A stretch of 64,000 nt of DNA from an uncultured Gammaproteobacteria bacterium (GCA_963712135.1 CAVQGV010000026.1:388671-452670); one strand, 5' to 3'; counted from the stretch's first letter, positions 21,289-32,471 are shown. Translations and numbers: made by a program. The notes: generated from the letters alone by a model not told the origin.

Positions 21289-22764
21289 TTATCCCAGCTT
21301 CAGGTAGGCCATTTCTCCAAAGTTCGAGGAGGGGTCCAACTGGATGACCTTCTCGAAGTACTGACGGGCCTTTATACCATCGCCACCGGCTTCGTGCAGC
21401 TGTCCCAGGTAGAAATTGGTATACATCTGGTACACCACGCGCGCACCCTCAAGCGGCAGTCCGAGGTCTTCAATGCTGCTGCCTTCAAGGCTTTGCAGCA
21501 TGGTTTCAAGATCCCTGATCGCCTCCGGTCCCTTGCTGATCGCATCCGGGAACAGGGTGTTCGCCCTGGCTTGTAGTAAGCAGGCTTCAAACCGGTCAAT
21601 TTCGTCTTTCGGTGGTATTACTGGGTCGCGGAACAGCTCGGCGGCGTCTTTTAGCAGGCCAGTTGTATCGGATACGCCGCCCAACTTCGCTGCTTGCATA
21701 AGCAGCGCCAGTAAACGCGCTTCCAGCGCGACAGGGTGGCGACTATCCGACGCTTCAAGTCGCCTTGCATAGAGCAGGGCCTGCTCCAGATTCTTATCCA
21801 TGCTGTACGCGAGACTCTTGCAGGCAAGCGCGAGCTCGTTATCGGGCACGAGCGCCAGGGCGGCGTCCGCAAATGCAATGGCCCGCTCGAAATCCGTCAA
21901 CAGCAGGCAGGCGCGACATGCGTCATGGATGCTATGCAGGTCCCCGGGACGCGATTCAAGCCTTTTTCCCAGGAGTGCCAGTTCCTCTTCAATCCGGAAC
22001 CGCTTGTGAAACACCTTGCTGGGAAAATAAATTGCATCATGGATGGTGGACAGCGCTTTTTCGGAATTGTCCATGATGCGCTGGAACATGCGCCTGGCCT
22101 GCCGGGTTTTCTCACTGATCATCCAGCGATTGATCACGCGATCAGTGTTTGTAACACTCGTGGCCACCGCATCGAAATCCAGCCCGGGCCTGGGTGTGGC
22201 AATCAGTGCTTTTACTTCAAGGTCAGCCAGTGTCCGCAGCTGCTTCCCGGCGGCCTGAAAAAAGGCAAGCGGTACCCCCTCATTGCGAGCCGCCCACAAC
22301 AACCCGGCTATTTCGATCTGGCTGGCATCAATGGGACCCTCTTTTTCCAGTAGCCCATGACTGTAAAGTTCCTCAATAAATTCCTGCGGGAAGCTGAGGC
22401 TGACGTTGTTTTTGGTCTCGGCCGCAAAGGGAATAATGAAATCACGTCTGCCAGCACTGTATTTATCGGACAGTAGTTCGATCTCTATCGTATGGGGGTC
22501 AAAGTTTGCCGCCATGAATACTGCGGCAATCTCCGGCAGCGACAACGTGGTCTGCTGCTGGATGCGCAGTATCAGTCGGATCAACGACAGGTGATTTTCA
22601 GTGTAAAGCGACAGATTCGGCCTGGGCTTGATTGGTTTCGGTAGCAGGTGAGCGCGCAGGTAATACTTGATCATGTCGCGGGAGACGCCAGACGCGTCAA
22701 CCAGTTCGGAGATGCGGTACTTCCTGTCACCCGTCGCGGGTGCTTTCAGTCGGTGTTTGGCCAT
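21289..22764 (-). CDS. MerR-family transcriptional regulator with long C-terminal TPR-like domain
   Basis: N-terminal MerR HTH (YRISELVDASGVSRDMIKYYL); 491 aa; helical repeat C-terminus. Confidence 0.75.
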   Translation of the reverse strand: MAKHRLKAPATGDRKYRISELVDASGVSRDMIKYYLRAHLLPKPIKPRPNLSLYTENHLSLIRLILRIQQQTTLSLPEIAAVFMAANFDPHTIEIELLSDKYSAGRRDFIIPFAAETKNNVSLSFPQEFIEELYSHGLLEKEGPIDASQIEIAGLLWAARNEGVPLAFFQAAGKQLRTLADLEVKALIATPRPGLDFDAVATSVTNTDRVINRWMISEKTRQARRMFQRIMDNSEKALSTIHDAIYFPSKVFHKRFRIEEELALLGKRLESRPGDLHSIHDACRACLLLTDFERAIAFADAALALVPDNELALACKSLAYSMDKNLEQALLYARRLEASDSRHPVALEARLLALLMQAAKLGGVSDTTGLLKDAAELFRDPVIPPKDEIDRFEACLLQARANTLFPDAISKGPEAIRDLETMLQSLEGSSIEDLGLPLEGARVVYQMYTNFYLGQLHEAGGDGIKARQYFEKVIQLDPSSNFGEMAYLKLG

Positions 22765-22824
22765 ACTGGTTTCTTATCGGGTGTGGGGTCAGGTTATTAT
22801 AGATAATTTATTGACTCACTCAAT

Positions 22825-22841
22825 GGATAATACTATTATCC
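22825..22841. promoter_or_regulatory. perfect inverted repeat GGATAATA-c-TATTATCC next to a TTGACT -35 box (22811-22816), candidate MerR-type operator
   Basis: Lies in the divergent intergenic region between the MerR-TPR gene and the di-iron protein gene. Confidence 0.4.
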
Positions 22842-22886
22842 AACATAAGCTTCACTTAAACTCTTTAATTGTTGGAAACCATTCAA

Positions 22887-23750
22887 ATGGGTGCTGCAGA
22901 ACACATTAGTCAATCCAACACACCGGTCAACATAGAAGTCAGGCAGTTTGATCCGGAGGCGACTCGGGCTGCCGGGGAGTATTTTTTTGATAACGACCCC
23001 TTCAAAACGCACTTTATGAATGGGCTTTCCATTCTGTTCCCGGAAGGCGAGCGCTTCTTTATTCGCTCTGTGCTGGCCTACCGGGAACAGATCAGTGATC
23101 CGAAATTGCTTCAGGAGATCAGGGAGTTTTGCGCGCAGGAGGCGCAGCATACGCTGGTGCATGAGGCGATGAACGCTCTCGCCGCGCGTTACGGGTATCC
23201 TGTGGCAAAACTGGAATCCTGGGTGCGTCGTGATCTGCGCCGCTTCAGCAACCGTGGCAAGAAGAGCAGGGCTGCACGCCGGGCAGCGCTCGCGATGACA
23301 GTGTGTATGGAACACTTTACCGCGATCCTCGCTTTCCAGGTGCTGACCAATGCAGCCGCTACCCAGCAGGGGCTTGATCCTGCGGTGCAGGCCCTGTTCA
23401 AGTGGCATGCCCTGGAAGAAACTGAACACAAGGGAGTCGCCTTTGATGTCTACCAGGCAACTAAAGGCAGCCCCTTCTTCCTGCGCTTCGCTATGATCTT
23501 CTCGACCTTCTTCTTCCTGCTGGGTTTGTTTGTGAATGTCACGGTGCTGCTTTTCAAGGATGGCAGCATCCGCAAATGGTCAACCTGGAAGACTGGTGCA
23601 CAGTTTGTGTTTGGCCCCAGGCAGGGCTTTCTCGTGCGGCCGTTCCGCGATTGGCTGGCATTTTTCAAGCCGGGTTTTCATCCCTGGAAGCAGCACATGG
23701 ACCTCGACATACAGCCCACCGTCGCAGGAATCGGCGCCTACATCGTGTAA
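22887..23750 (+). CDS. ferritin-like di-iron / predicted metal-dependent hydrolase family protein with C-terminal TM segment
   Basis: Two ExxH motifs (EAQHTLVHE, EETEHKG) typical of di-iron carboxylate proteins. Confidence 0.5.
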   Translation: MGAAEHISQSNTPVNIEVRQFDPEATRAAGEYFFDNDPFKTHFMNGLSILFPEGERFFIRSVLAYREQISDPKLLQEIREFCAQEAQHTLVHEAMNALAARYGYPVAKLESWVRRDLRRFSNRGKKSRAARRAALAMTVCMEHFTAILAFQVLTNAAATQQGLDPAVQALFKWHALEETEHKGVAFDVYQATKGSPFFLRFAMIFSTFFFLLGLFVNVTVLLFKDGSIRKWSTWKTGAQFVFGPRQGFLVRPFRDWLAFFKPGFHPWKQHMDLDIQPTVAGIGAYIV

Positions 23751-23830
23751 ACACCCGTCATAGCTTTGCTGCCAGCGCTTGGGCATAATGCCAGCAGATC
23801 AAAACGCACAGGCCACTGGCTCGCGACTGC

Positions 23831-25559
23831 ATGTATTATCAATATTTCGGGCTGACTGAAGCACCCTTTTCGATAGCGGTAAACCCGCGCTACCTGTTTA
23901 TGAGTCCGCGCCATCGGGATGCCTTGGCGCATCTGCTCTACGGGGTGGGCGCAGGCGGTGGCTTTATCCTGTTGACGGGCGAGGTGGGCACAGGAAAAAC
24001 CACGATCAATCGCTGCCTGTTGGAGCAACTGCCCCCGGACACGGATGTTGCGATCATTCTCAACCCGGCACTCAATGCCATTGAATTGCTGGCCAGCGTT
24101 TGTGATGAATTGGGGATTCAGTATGATTCGCAGCAGCACACCCTCAAAGCGCTGACGGACAAGCTGCACAGCTTTCTCCTCGAGAATCACGCCAGGGGAC
24201 GCAAGACCGTACTGCTGATCGACGAGGCGCAGCATCTGGACTTTGACGTGTTGGAGCAGATCAGGCTGCTCACCAATCTGGAAACCAACAGCGAGAAACT
24301 GCTACAGATCATCCTGATCGGCCAGCCGGAACTGGCCCATATGTTGGGGCAACCAGAGCTGCGCCAGCTGAACCAGCGCGTTACCGCGCGTTACAATCTG
24401 GAACCGCTGACGCTAGATGAGACCGGGACCTATATCCAGCACCGCTTGCAGGTGGCGGGTATGAGCCCGGAGCGGGTGATTTTTTCCGCTTCCGTGGTAC
24501 GGGGTATCTACAAGGCCACGCGGGGCATCCCACGTGTGATCAATGTGCTGTGTGACCGTATGCTCCTGGGTGCCTATGGCCGCAAAAAATCCCGTGCGGA
24601 CCACGACATGCTGAGATTGGCGGTGCGCGAGGTATTGGGCGGGCAAGACCCGGCCCCGGCGGTCTGGCGCTGGCTGGCAGTGGCTGCCGCTGTGCTGCTG
24701 TTGGTGTGGGCGGGTGGCTGGCTGCTGGGAAGCTACACTGCCGCTCCTGCTGTAGACATCGCTTCGAGTGAGGAAATAGCCGCGCCAACGCCGGACGTCG
24801 GCACCGTCCCTGCCCCGGAGGCGCTGCAGGAGGTCCCAGTCACACCCACCGAAGCGGTGGCAGCACCTGCGGCGGAAGAACTTGCGGTAGCAGCGACTCC
24901 GACTGGCGCGCCGCAGGCAGAAACGGTGAGCATAGCCGGCGCCATGCATGCTCCGGGCGACGCCATGGCCAGGCTGTGGATGCTTAATTCTGCACAACCG
25001 GCCCCGGAGATTCCCTGTTCACAGAATGTCCAACACGGCCTGGCTTGCGTCGAAGGAGAGGTCTGGACCTGGAATGAACTGGCCGTGTTCGACAGGCCAA
25101 TGGTATTGCAGACGATTAATCCGGAGCGATTTTCTGCCGAGATTCTGCTGTTGGGTGTCTCGGATACAATGGCCTGGCTATTGACGGAGGCGGGTCCTGT
25201 ACAAGTCGGTCTGGCCGAGCTGGCGCCCTATTGGACGGGGCGCTATCGCTTTCTCTGGCACCCGCCAGCGGGTTTTGAAAAACCGCTGGCACTGGGCGAT
25301 GACAGCGAGGTAGTTGCTGCGGTCGCGCAGCTATTTGCGTCGCCTCGATGCACAGCCAAAGCCTCTGGCAGGCCGGCGCTTCAACGCGGCACTGCAACAG
25401 CGGGTGCGCCTCTTTCAGCAGCAAAATGCATTGGCGGACGATGGCGTGGTCGGGGTGCAAACACTGCTTAAATTGAATGAACTATTGGGTATCGATGTAA
25501 CCGCGGCCCAGTCAAGACAACAACTGCAGGCAGCTGCAGTGGAGCCCTCACCACCATGA
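23831..25559 (+). pseudogene. gspA: GspA/ExeA-type AAA ATPase with C-terminal peptidoglycan-binding domain, frameshift near 25330
   Basis: MYYQYFGLTEAPFSIAVNPRYLFMS N-terminus, Walker A GEVGTGKTT; PG-binding motif FNAALQQRVRLFQQQNALADDGVVGVQTLLKLN sits in a separate frame (25314-25559). Confidence 0.75.
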
Positions 25560-25593
25560 ACCGAAACAGTTCTCTGCCAGCCGCTGAGGAAAC

Positions 25594-26563
25594 GTGCCTG
25601 TGTCGTTGATTCTTGATGCTCTGAACCGCTCCCGACAGGATGCGAATCCTGTGCCTGGTTTGGGCACACATCACCCGGTGGACCCCAACCCGGCAGACTG
25701 GCGTCAGTATCTCGTCTGGGTGGCCCTGGCAGTGGCGCTGGTGGTGATTGCCTGGATGGTGATGGAACGCTTCAGTGCGCCGCCAGTACCCGTCGCAGAT
25801 ATCGGGGCCCCCGTGGCTGAACTGTCGAGTAATTTCGGCAGTGCTGTCACGTCCGTCACAACCGAGCTCAAAGCACGCGCCGCCGCTTCGGCACCGCAAG
25901 CGGCGGTGGCGGCGCAACCCGCAGTAGAAGTTACCCGGTCTCAAGCCGAGCACAACGGCGCCGGTAGCGGCGGCACTCTTCCGCTGCAGATCCCGGAGCC
26001 AGCGGCGGCGACGCCAATCTGAGCCGAGTCCGACGCAGGACTCTGCTGACGCCGCAGCGCAGACGATGAAAACTCCCTCCCTCCGTGCAGCGGAAAATGC
26101 CGCAGTAGCGGAGCTTTACCAGAATCGTGAATTGCAGCAAGACCCTGTAATGCCGGAGCCGGTATCGCGATCGGACTCACGGCCAGCGCAGGCCAGCGAG
26201 CGAGGCGCCACAGCGGAAAGTTCCAGAGTTGCTCCGCTAGAGCAGTCTGTCGATATCGACCAGATTCTGCAGCAGGCGCGGGAGGAAGTTGAAGACGCCA
26301 GCCTGGATGACCATCCCGTGCCGTTCCTGGCCGACTTGTCGCAGCAAACCAAGGATGGCATTCCTACGCTGTATTACCAGCGTCATGATTATTCAAGTGA
26401 CACGAATCTATCCACGATTGTGTTGAATGGCACGCCAGTCAAAGCAGGAGGAAGTCCACTGCCGGGGATGAAGGTTGAAGAAATCCTGCCGGATTCGGTG
26501 GTGTTAAATTATCGCGGCACGCAATTCAGGCTGCGCGCGCTGAATAGTTGGATCAACCTGTAG
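25594..26563 (+). pseudogene. gspB: GspB/ExeB-like general secretion pathway protein B, interrupted around 26022-26066
   Basis: N-terminus MPVSLILDALNRSRQD (GspB hallmark) with TM segment; C-terminal GspB domain (VVLNYRGTQFRLRALNSW) lies in the following ORF. Confidence 0.55.
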
Positions 26564-26581
26564 CTCTGCGGACGCACCCGT

Positions 26582-28000
26582 TCAGAGCCCAAGATAGTCC
26601 CGGGTGATCGCGAAAATTTGCGGTTGTTGAATAAACGGCGGTATCCGTCCCAGGCTCTCGCTATTGCCGAACAGCGGGACAGCCGCTCCCGTGTGTTCCT
26701 CCTGTTTGAAGCTGTTCGTGGCGTAGTTGACCGCCATGTGACCGCCCTCGGGTGTCATTATCCGGGCCAGCTTACCCGGCGTGTAGATGGGAATGGGGAA
26801 AGCCGCGTAGAGGCTCTCATAGGGAACCAGCTGCGCCGCCTGGGCGTGATCCGCGGTCACCAGGATCAGTGTATGCAGATGTGTCTGCGCAAACGCCAGG
26901 GCGCTGGCCAGGGCCTCTTCCAGCTGCGCCACCTCACCGATCGAGCCACAGGGCTTGCGCTCGTGGGACTGTTTATCGATGGAAGCAGACTCGATCATCA
27001 GAAAGAAGCCCCTGTCGTTTTCGCGGCTCAGGTGGTGCAGGGCAGCGTCGGTCATTTGTTGCAGCGTTGGAACCTTGCGGAAGTCCGGATTGGGTTCACA
27101 GGCCATGGGTGCAGGCAGCGTCACGCTGCCCAGGTAGGGGTGTAGTCGATTGAGCCAGCTCGGCTTGGGTGTTTCCGCTTCCCGGCCACCTTCACCCTGT
27201 AAACGCACCGGCAGGGTGCTCGGGGCAAACAGGCCCAGCAGCCTCTGGTCCGGCGCTGCCGCCGCCAGCGCCGCCGCATTAGTGACCATCTGGAAACCGT
27301 GCCGCTGGGCCAGCTCTGCTACCGTCACGGTCTCGCCCTCGGCGGTAGGGGTAAAGTGTTCGCTGCCGCCGCCGAGTATCACGTGCAGGGAAGATGCCGC
27401 CAATTGCTCGGCAATTGAACCTTTGCCACCGTTCGCCTTCAGGTCGTTGGAGCAATCTCCCAGGGGAACATCTTTATAGCGGACGTTCACCATGGTGTCC
27501 GGGTCTTCGCACAGGCGAAAGCTTATGTGTGTAGCAAAGGCCGCGGGCGTGGCGTCAGTAACGCTGGCCGTTGTGACGATGCCCGAGCGCAGCCCAGCGG
27601 CAGCTGCCAGTTCGACGATGGTGGTGAAGTCTTTATCCGTGCCGGCGCTGGTGCTGATGCGCCCGGTACTGGTGACTGCCCCGGTGGCCATACTGGTGGC
27701 GGTATTGGCAGAGTCCGCGACATAGACAGGCTTGCCGTTCGGCCGTTCCTCGGTGGTGAGAATCTGCACCGCTGCGCGTAGCGGCATCTGGTCCAGTAGC
27801 AGCTGTCCGGCAGCGCCTTTGAGATAGTTGCGGGCGATTGTAATCTGCTGTTCGTCCATGCCATCGCCGATAATGAGGATCACCTGGCGGGGTTGCGTGG
27901 CAGGACTGGCGTTGGCCGTCAATGGGTTGTCCTGGGCCATCGCCAGCGCGGCACAGAGCAGGAGGCTGCCCAGCAGGCCGCGTGTCATTAACAGATTCAT
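26582..28000 (-). CDS. phoA: alkaline phosphatase (PhoA family)
   Basis: 472 aa with signal peptide; PhoA active-site regions (DSANTATSMATG, ADH..A). Confidence 0.9.
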   Translation of the reverse strand: MNLLMTRGLLGSLLLCAALAMAQDNPLTANASPATQPRQVILIIGDGMDEQQITIARNYLKGAAGQLLLDQMPLRAAVQILTTEERPNGKPVYVADSANTATSMATGAVTSTGRISTSAGTDKDFTTIVELAAAAGLRSGIVTTASVTDATPAAFATHISFRLCEDPDTMVNVRYKDVPLGDCSNDLKANGGKGSIAEQLAASSLHVILGGGSEHFTPTAEGETVTVAELAQRHGFQMVTNAAALAAAAPDQRLLGLFAPSTLPVRLQGEGGREAETPKPSWLNRLHPYLGSVTLPAPMACEPNPDFRKVPTLQQMTDAALHHLSRENDRGFFLMIESASIDKQSHERKPCGSIGEVAQLEEALASALAFAQTHLHTLILVTADHAQAAQLVPYESLYAAFPIPIYTPGKLARIMTPEGGHMAVNYATNSFKQEEHTGAAVPLFGNSESLGRIPPFIQQPQIFAITRDYLGL

Positions 28001-28206
28001 AGGATTATTCCATTATGCAGAAGCAGAAATCGCGTATTGATACCATGCCATTGGGGCCGATGCACGAGAACATCCGGCTTTGATCTACTGTAACAGGACG
28101 CTGTAGGCTGCGCCAAACTGTGGACGTTCCAGGGGGTACTACCCGACGCCCGGCAGCGGTCAGTATTGGCCAGTTAGCCTCTAAAACTGTGAGCAAAAAT
28201 ACTTAG

Positions 28207-28356
28207 CCACTACACCTTACAGACACAAAGATCAGGAACGCCAAGCCCCAGGAAAAGTCCTACCGCCTCTTCGATGAGCGGGGCCTATATCTGGAGGTTT
28301 CGCCCACGGGTGGCAAGTGGTGGCGCTTTAAGTATTCATCCGACGATTCTACCTAA
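28207..28356 (+). pseudogene. int: P4-type tyrosine integrase, N-terminal roughly 45 aa remnant only
   Basis: Translation LTDTKIRNAKPQEKSYRLFDERGLYLEVSPTGGKWWRFKY is the canonical N-terminal arm-binding (DUF4102) start of P4-like integrases; the ORF stops after about 45 aa. Confidence 0.7.
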
Positions 28357-28458
28357 TCCAGCTAGTTAAGTTGTCGGCACCAGAAATAGTAATCATTTAT
28401 TGATCGTGTGTTATTCCTATACTTGACCCTCGTAGGGTGATCCTTTATTGTCCGAGAA

Positions 28459-31013
28459 ATGGATGTAGATAAAAAATCTTCGGCGCCTGCCGCTGCGCCG
28501 AAGAAGCGTGTGATTCGCGCTTTCGGAACCTATCAGGCCGGTCTTGACGGCCTTCGCGGATATACCATCTTTTGTACTCTGCTTTTTCACGCCCGCTTGG
28601 GCCCCTACGAAGGTTTTTACCTGTCGTTGTCGCTGTTCTTCTCTCTCTCCGGTTTCCTGATAACAGCGATCCTACTCGATGACAGCGAGCGTGCCGGCCG
28701 ACTCGATCTCGTGCGTTTCGGCGCCCGTCGCCTCCGCCGCATCACTCCGGCCGCGCTCGCAGGCGTCGTGCTGGCCATAATCTTCGGCGCGACCATCGCG
28801 ACCCGCAGTCAGGCCGAGCAGCTTGTAGGCGATCTCATTGGCGTGGTCTTCTACGTGGTCAACTGGACCTTTATCGTCACGGAGCAATCATATATTGATG
28901 TTTTCTCCCCCCCTCCCCAGTTCAGCATTATTGGTCGCTCGCTGTCGAGGAGCAGTTTTACGCGGTGATCCCGTTGTTTTTGGGGATTCTTATGTGGGCC
29001 AGGGCTTCTCACCGTGTCGTCGTGGGCCTGCTGAGCACCGTAGTCATTGGCTCGACCTTCTGGATGTATTACCTCCACAGCACAGGCACCAGCATCGATC
29101 GCCTTTACTACGGGACCGATACGCGTATTGCCGAGGTGATGGTGGGTGTCCTGCTCGCCGTCGTCATGCACCACCGCAACGGCGCGATCAGTGAGAGGGT
29201 GCGGCAGATACTGTCGTGGGCAGGCTGGCTGGCGATCCTCGTCCTGGGCTACATGTGGACCAACTTCAGTATCACTGAGTCGTTCGCGTATCGGGGAGGG
29301 TTCCTGCTCAACGCGCTGCTCACCTCACTGGTGATCATGGCGATCATCTCCCGGCGTGGAATAATCGACCGTGTCTTCAATTGGCCCCCGGCAATCTGGG
29401 TCGGTGTCCTTGCCTATGGGCTCTATATCTATCATTTCGTGATCTTCCTCTGGCTGACGCCGGAGCGAACCGGGCTCGATCCGTGGCCAAACCTGGCCCT
29501 GCGGCTCGCGGTAACGTTCCTTTTCGCGTGGACCTCTCACCGTTTCCTCGAAATGCCCATCCTCAAGGGCGCGACGTTCGGCCTTCCCAAGGCTGGCCAA
29601 CTGATGCTCTATCCGGTCGTGGGGCTCACACTTATTGGCATCGCCAGCCTGACTGCCAACACAGGCGGCGCGGATCCCCTCGCGACACTGCGCGATGACG
29701 GGCGTTCGCAGCGAGCGCCGGTGGCCGCCGCGGACGGCGTACTCGATATTCTCGTTATCCACAGCGCGGAGCACGCAGCGATCGTCGATGAACTCGAAGC
29801 TAAGCTAGCTGATGACCCTCAGATTCGCGTCAGCGCCCGCTCCGTATTTTCCTGCGACGGCGGGTGGGTGGACGTCGACGGCTCTCCCACGTGTGCGAAC
29901 TGGGCCTCTGAATGGCCTGCTCTTATCGCCGAACACGACCCCGACAGTATCGTGTTTTTCGTCGACGACTGGGCCGGCGATGACATCAGCAAGTTCGCCA
30001 TCGAGGGCGCGGGGAGCAAACGGGCGATCGGCAGAGCCCTCCTCGGTACCGGATTCGACATACTCACATCCCAGGGCGCGTCCGTCAGCCAGATCGGATC
30101 GGGCCAGGCGTTTGCAACGGCCTTTGCCCGCGCTTTGTCGTCCCCCTTTTACCAATCGCTCGCCGACCTGAGTATGCGCCCCGACGTCAATCGGGGGAGC
30201 GATGGCTCCATGCCTAACCCGACCGAAGTCGACGCGACTGAGTATCTCAGCGCGTCCGCCGATGTCTTGCTCGAACTCGCCGTACTCTACCAACGTGCCG
30301 ACCGAGCGGGTATGCCGCGGGTTCTCATCATCGGCGACTCCCAGGCGCGCTCCCTCGGTTATGGCTTCGAGCGATGGGGTGTCGATCATGGTATTTGGGT
30401 GTGGAATGCCGCCACCAATGGTTGCGGTATTGCCGACGAGGGCTACGTCTACTACTGGGGTGAGAACAAGGAGGCTCCCCTCCGGCCGGAGTGCATCACG
30501 GCAGTAGCGGCGTACAAGGACCAGGTCGCGCGCTTCGAGCCCGACCTCGTGCTCGTGTTGTCGAGTGCATGGGACATCGGCCTGCGCCGACTCGATGGAT
30601 GGCCCGAGCCGCTACACGTGCAGAATCCGGAGTTCAAGGCCTACCTCACCCGCGAGTATCGCGAGGTCGCCGAGACTCTCACCGAACGCGGCGCGAAGGT
30701 CGTGTGGATGCAGGCGCCTTGTGTCGATAGGAGTACCGAAAATGCAACTCATATCAATTGGTTCACCCGCGACGACCTCGATACCCTCAATCTGGAGATT
30801 CTGCCGTCGATCGCGGCGGAGTATCCGGACAATATCGTGCTCTACGATCTCGACGAAATCCTGTGCCCTAGCGGTGAGGCTCTAGGTGAGATCGACGGCA
30901 TCTCGCCCATCCGCGGTGACGGCGTGCACTTCGGCCCCGAATCCAGCGGCTGGTTTGCCGAGACCTACGGCCCCTCAATACTCGAGGCAGGTGGCCTCGG
31001 CCCGTCACCCTGA
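28459..31013 (+). pseudogene. OafA/YrhL-like acyltransferase-3 with C-terminal SGNH-type domain(s), interrupted at a C7 homopolymer (28907-28913)
   Basis: N-terminal LDGLRG..LFH, then the conserved ...QHYWSLAVEEQFYAVIPLFLG motif in a different frame downstream of the tract tctcccccccctcccc; GC (about 65%) is higher than the flanks. Confidence 0.75.
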
Positions 31014-31066
31014 TCCCCGTCAGACTTCATATCAACATTCGCGAACTCGTGGTCGTTTTGGGTTAG

Positions 31067-31087
31067 CTAAGGCCACTGTGGCCTTAG
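31067..31087. terminator. perfect hairpin CTAAGGCCA-ctg-TGGCCTTAG downstream of the acyltransferase gene (no T-tract)
   Basis: 9-bp stem palindrome about 50 bp after the stop at 31013. Confidence 0.25.
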
Positions 31088-31301
31088 CGTGGATGGGGAT
31101 GGCTCATTACCTTAGAACTCTTTCTGCTGCTTGAAGCTCAACCACCCGCTTCTAAACCCCCGGACCGACAAAATGGCATAGATTCCGATCAGCCCTGCGT
31201 AGGTGTCCGGTTGGCGGTCCTGGTACTGCCAGATGTTGCCCGCGCGCAGGCTCTGTAATCCTGAGATCAGGTATTACTTGTAGTCTCGCGCTTTCGCGGG
31301 A

Positions 31302-32471
31302 TCAAATCTCAAACGATTCAATGTTTGCTCTGATATCGTTCATGAACCTGGCCGCGCCGATACCATTGACGATGCGATGGTCGAAGCAGAGTGTCGCATT
31401 AGCCATTGTTACGAACCGGAAAGAATCACCCTGAGGAAACGGATGTGCAAACGTTTCGCCAATAGCAAGGGTGGCTGCTGCAGGGGCGACGATGGCGGGA
31501 ATTCCCACGTGCATCCTGCCCATACCAATGTTCGAAACGCTGATAGTTGTGGCTTCATCGGCCTGGTCCTTGCCGTTGCGTGCCAGATCGACCTGTCTGT
31601 CATATGCCGCAAAAAATTCATTGGCTGAAAGCTGGTCAGCGTTACTGACTACTGCAGTGACCAATTCGTCGTTTGGTAATGCGACCGCAACCCCCAGGTT
31701 GACGTGGTGGAAGACTTTTAATGATTTTCGTTCGACATTTATGACACTGCGAAATTTCGGGCTATCTTGCAATGCTTGAACGACCGCCCAGCACAGCATG
31801 GCGAACTCTGTTGGCCCGCCGCTCGAGCGCACTTTATTACGCGCGCGCTCTAAAGAAGTCCATTCAATGTCGGTCATGATTGTGACCGGTATGCATCCTT
31901 TAGCACTTTGTGCGAGGCGGTAATTCAATACGATCTGGGATTTTGGTAGCGGCTCGATGGTATAGCGATCTGACAAAACGCTGGCAGCGGCTTGGCCGGC
32001 AAGGTAGGCGTCGACATCTTCGGGCATCAGCTTGCTGCCGGCGCTGGGAATGTGGTCCGCGATGTCGAGTAGATTGTGCTCTTTCAGATATTTTCTCGTC
32101 TTTGGAGGGATGAGAGTCCTGGTCGCGTGTCGCTGTACGCTCACGATTGGCGGTATACGTCCGCCACTGCTCCGGGAGGAAGACCCGTCCTGATCCGGCT
32201 GGTGCTCCGCGGAAACTTCCGCCACGCGATCGGCGACATCTATAGTCGCGATTACGGCCCCGATCGCCACGACTGAATCGGGCTCAAACAGCCATTCAAC
32301 GAGGGTGCCGCTGTAGGGTGACTCCACTTCCGTTGTGGCCTTGTCGGTTTCCATGGTGTAGATCGGCTCGTCGCGCGCGATCTTGTCCCCGGGTTTTTTA
32401 AGGCACTCGACAAGCAGTGCTTCGCGCAGGCCTTCGCCAAGTTGTGGAATTTTAATAGCAATGACGGCCAT
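31302..32471 (-). CDS. 2-oxoacid dehydrogenase E2 (dihydrolipoamide acyltransferase), single lipoyl domain
   Basis: Lipoyl-lysine motif METDKATTEVESP and catalytic DHRIVNG. Confidence 0.85.
   Translation of the reverse strand: MAVIAIKIPQLGEGLREALLVECLKKPGDKIARDEPIYTMETDKATTEVESPYSGTLVEWLFEPDSVVAIGAVIATIDVADRVAEVSAEHQPDQDGSSSRSSGGRIPPIVSVQRHATRTLIPPKTRKYLKEHNLLDIADHIPSAGSKLMPEDVDAYLAGQAAASVLSDRYTIEPLPKSQIVLNYRLAQSAKGCIPVTIMTDIEWTSLERARNKVRSSGGPTEFAMLCWAVVQALQDSPKFRSVINVERKSLKVFHHVNLGVAVALPNDELVTAVVSNADQLSANEFFAAYDRQVDLARNGKDQADEATTISVSNIGMGRMHVGIPAIVAPAAATLAIGETFAHPFPQGDSFRFVTMANATLCFDHRIVNGIGAARFMNDIRANIESFEI

Noticed and set aside
28000-28210. Expected tRNA/tmRNA attachment site next to the P4-type integrase remnant
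   Set aside because: No GGTTCGAATCC-type T-loop or acceptor stem found in the 200 bp flanking the integrase stub; the attachment site may have been deleted
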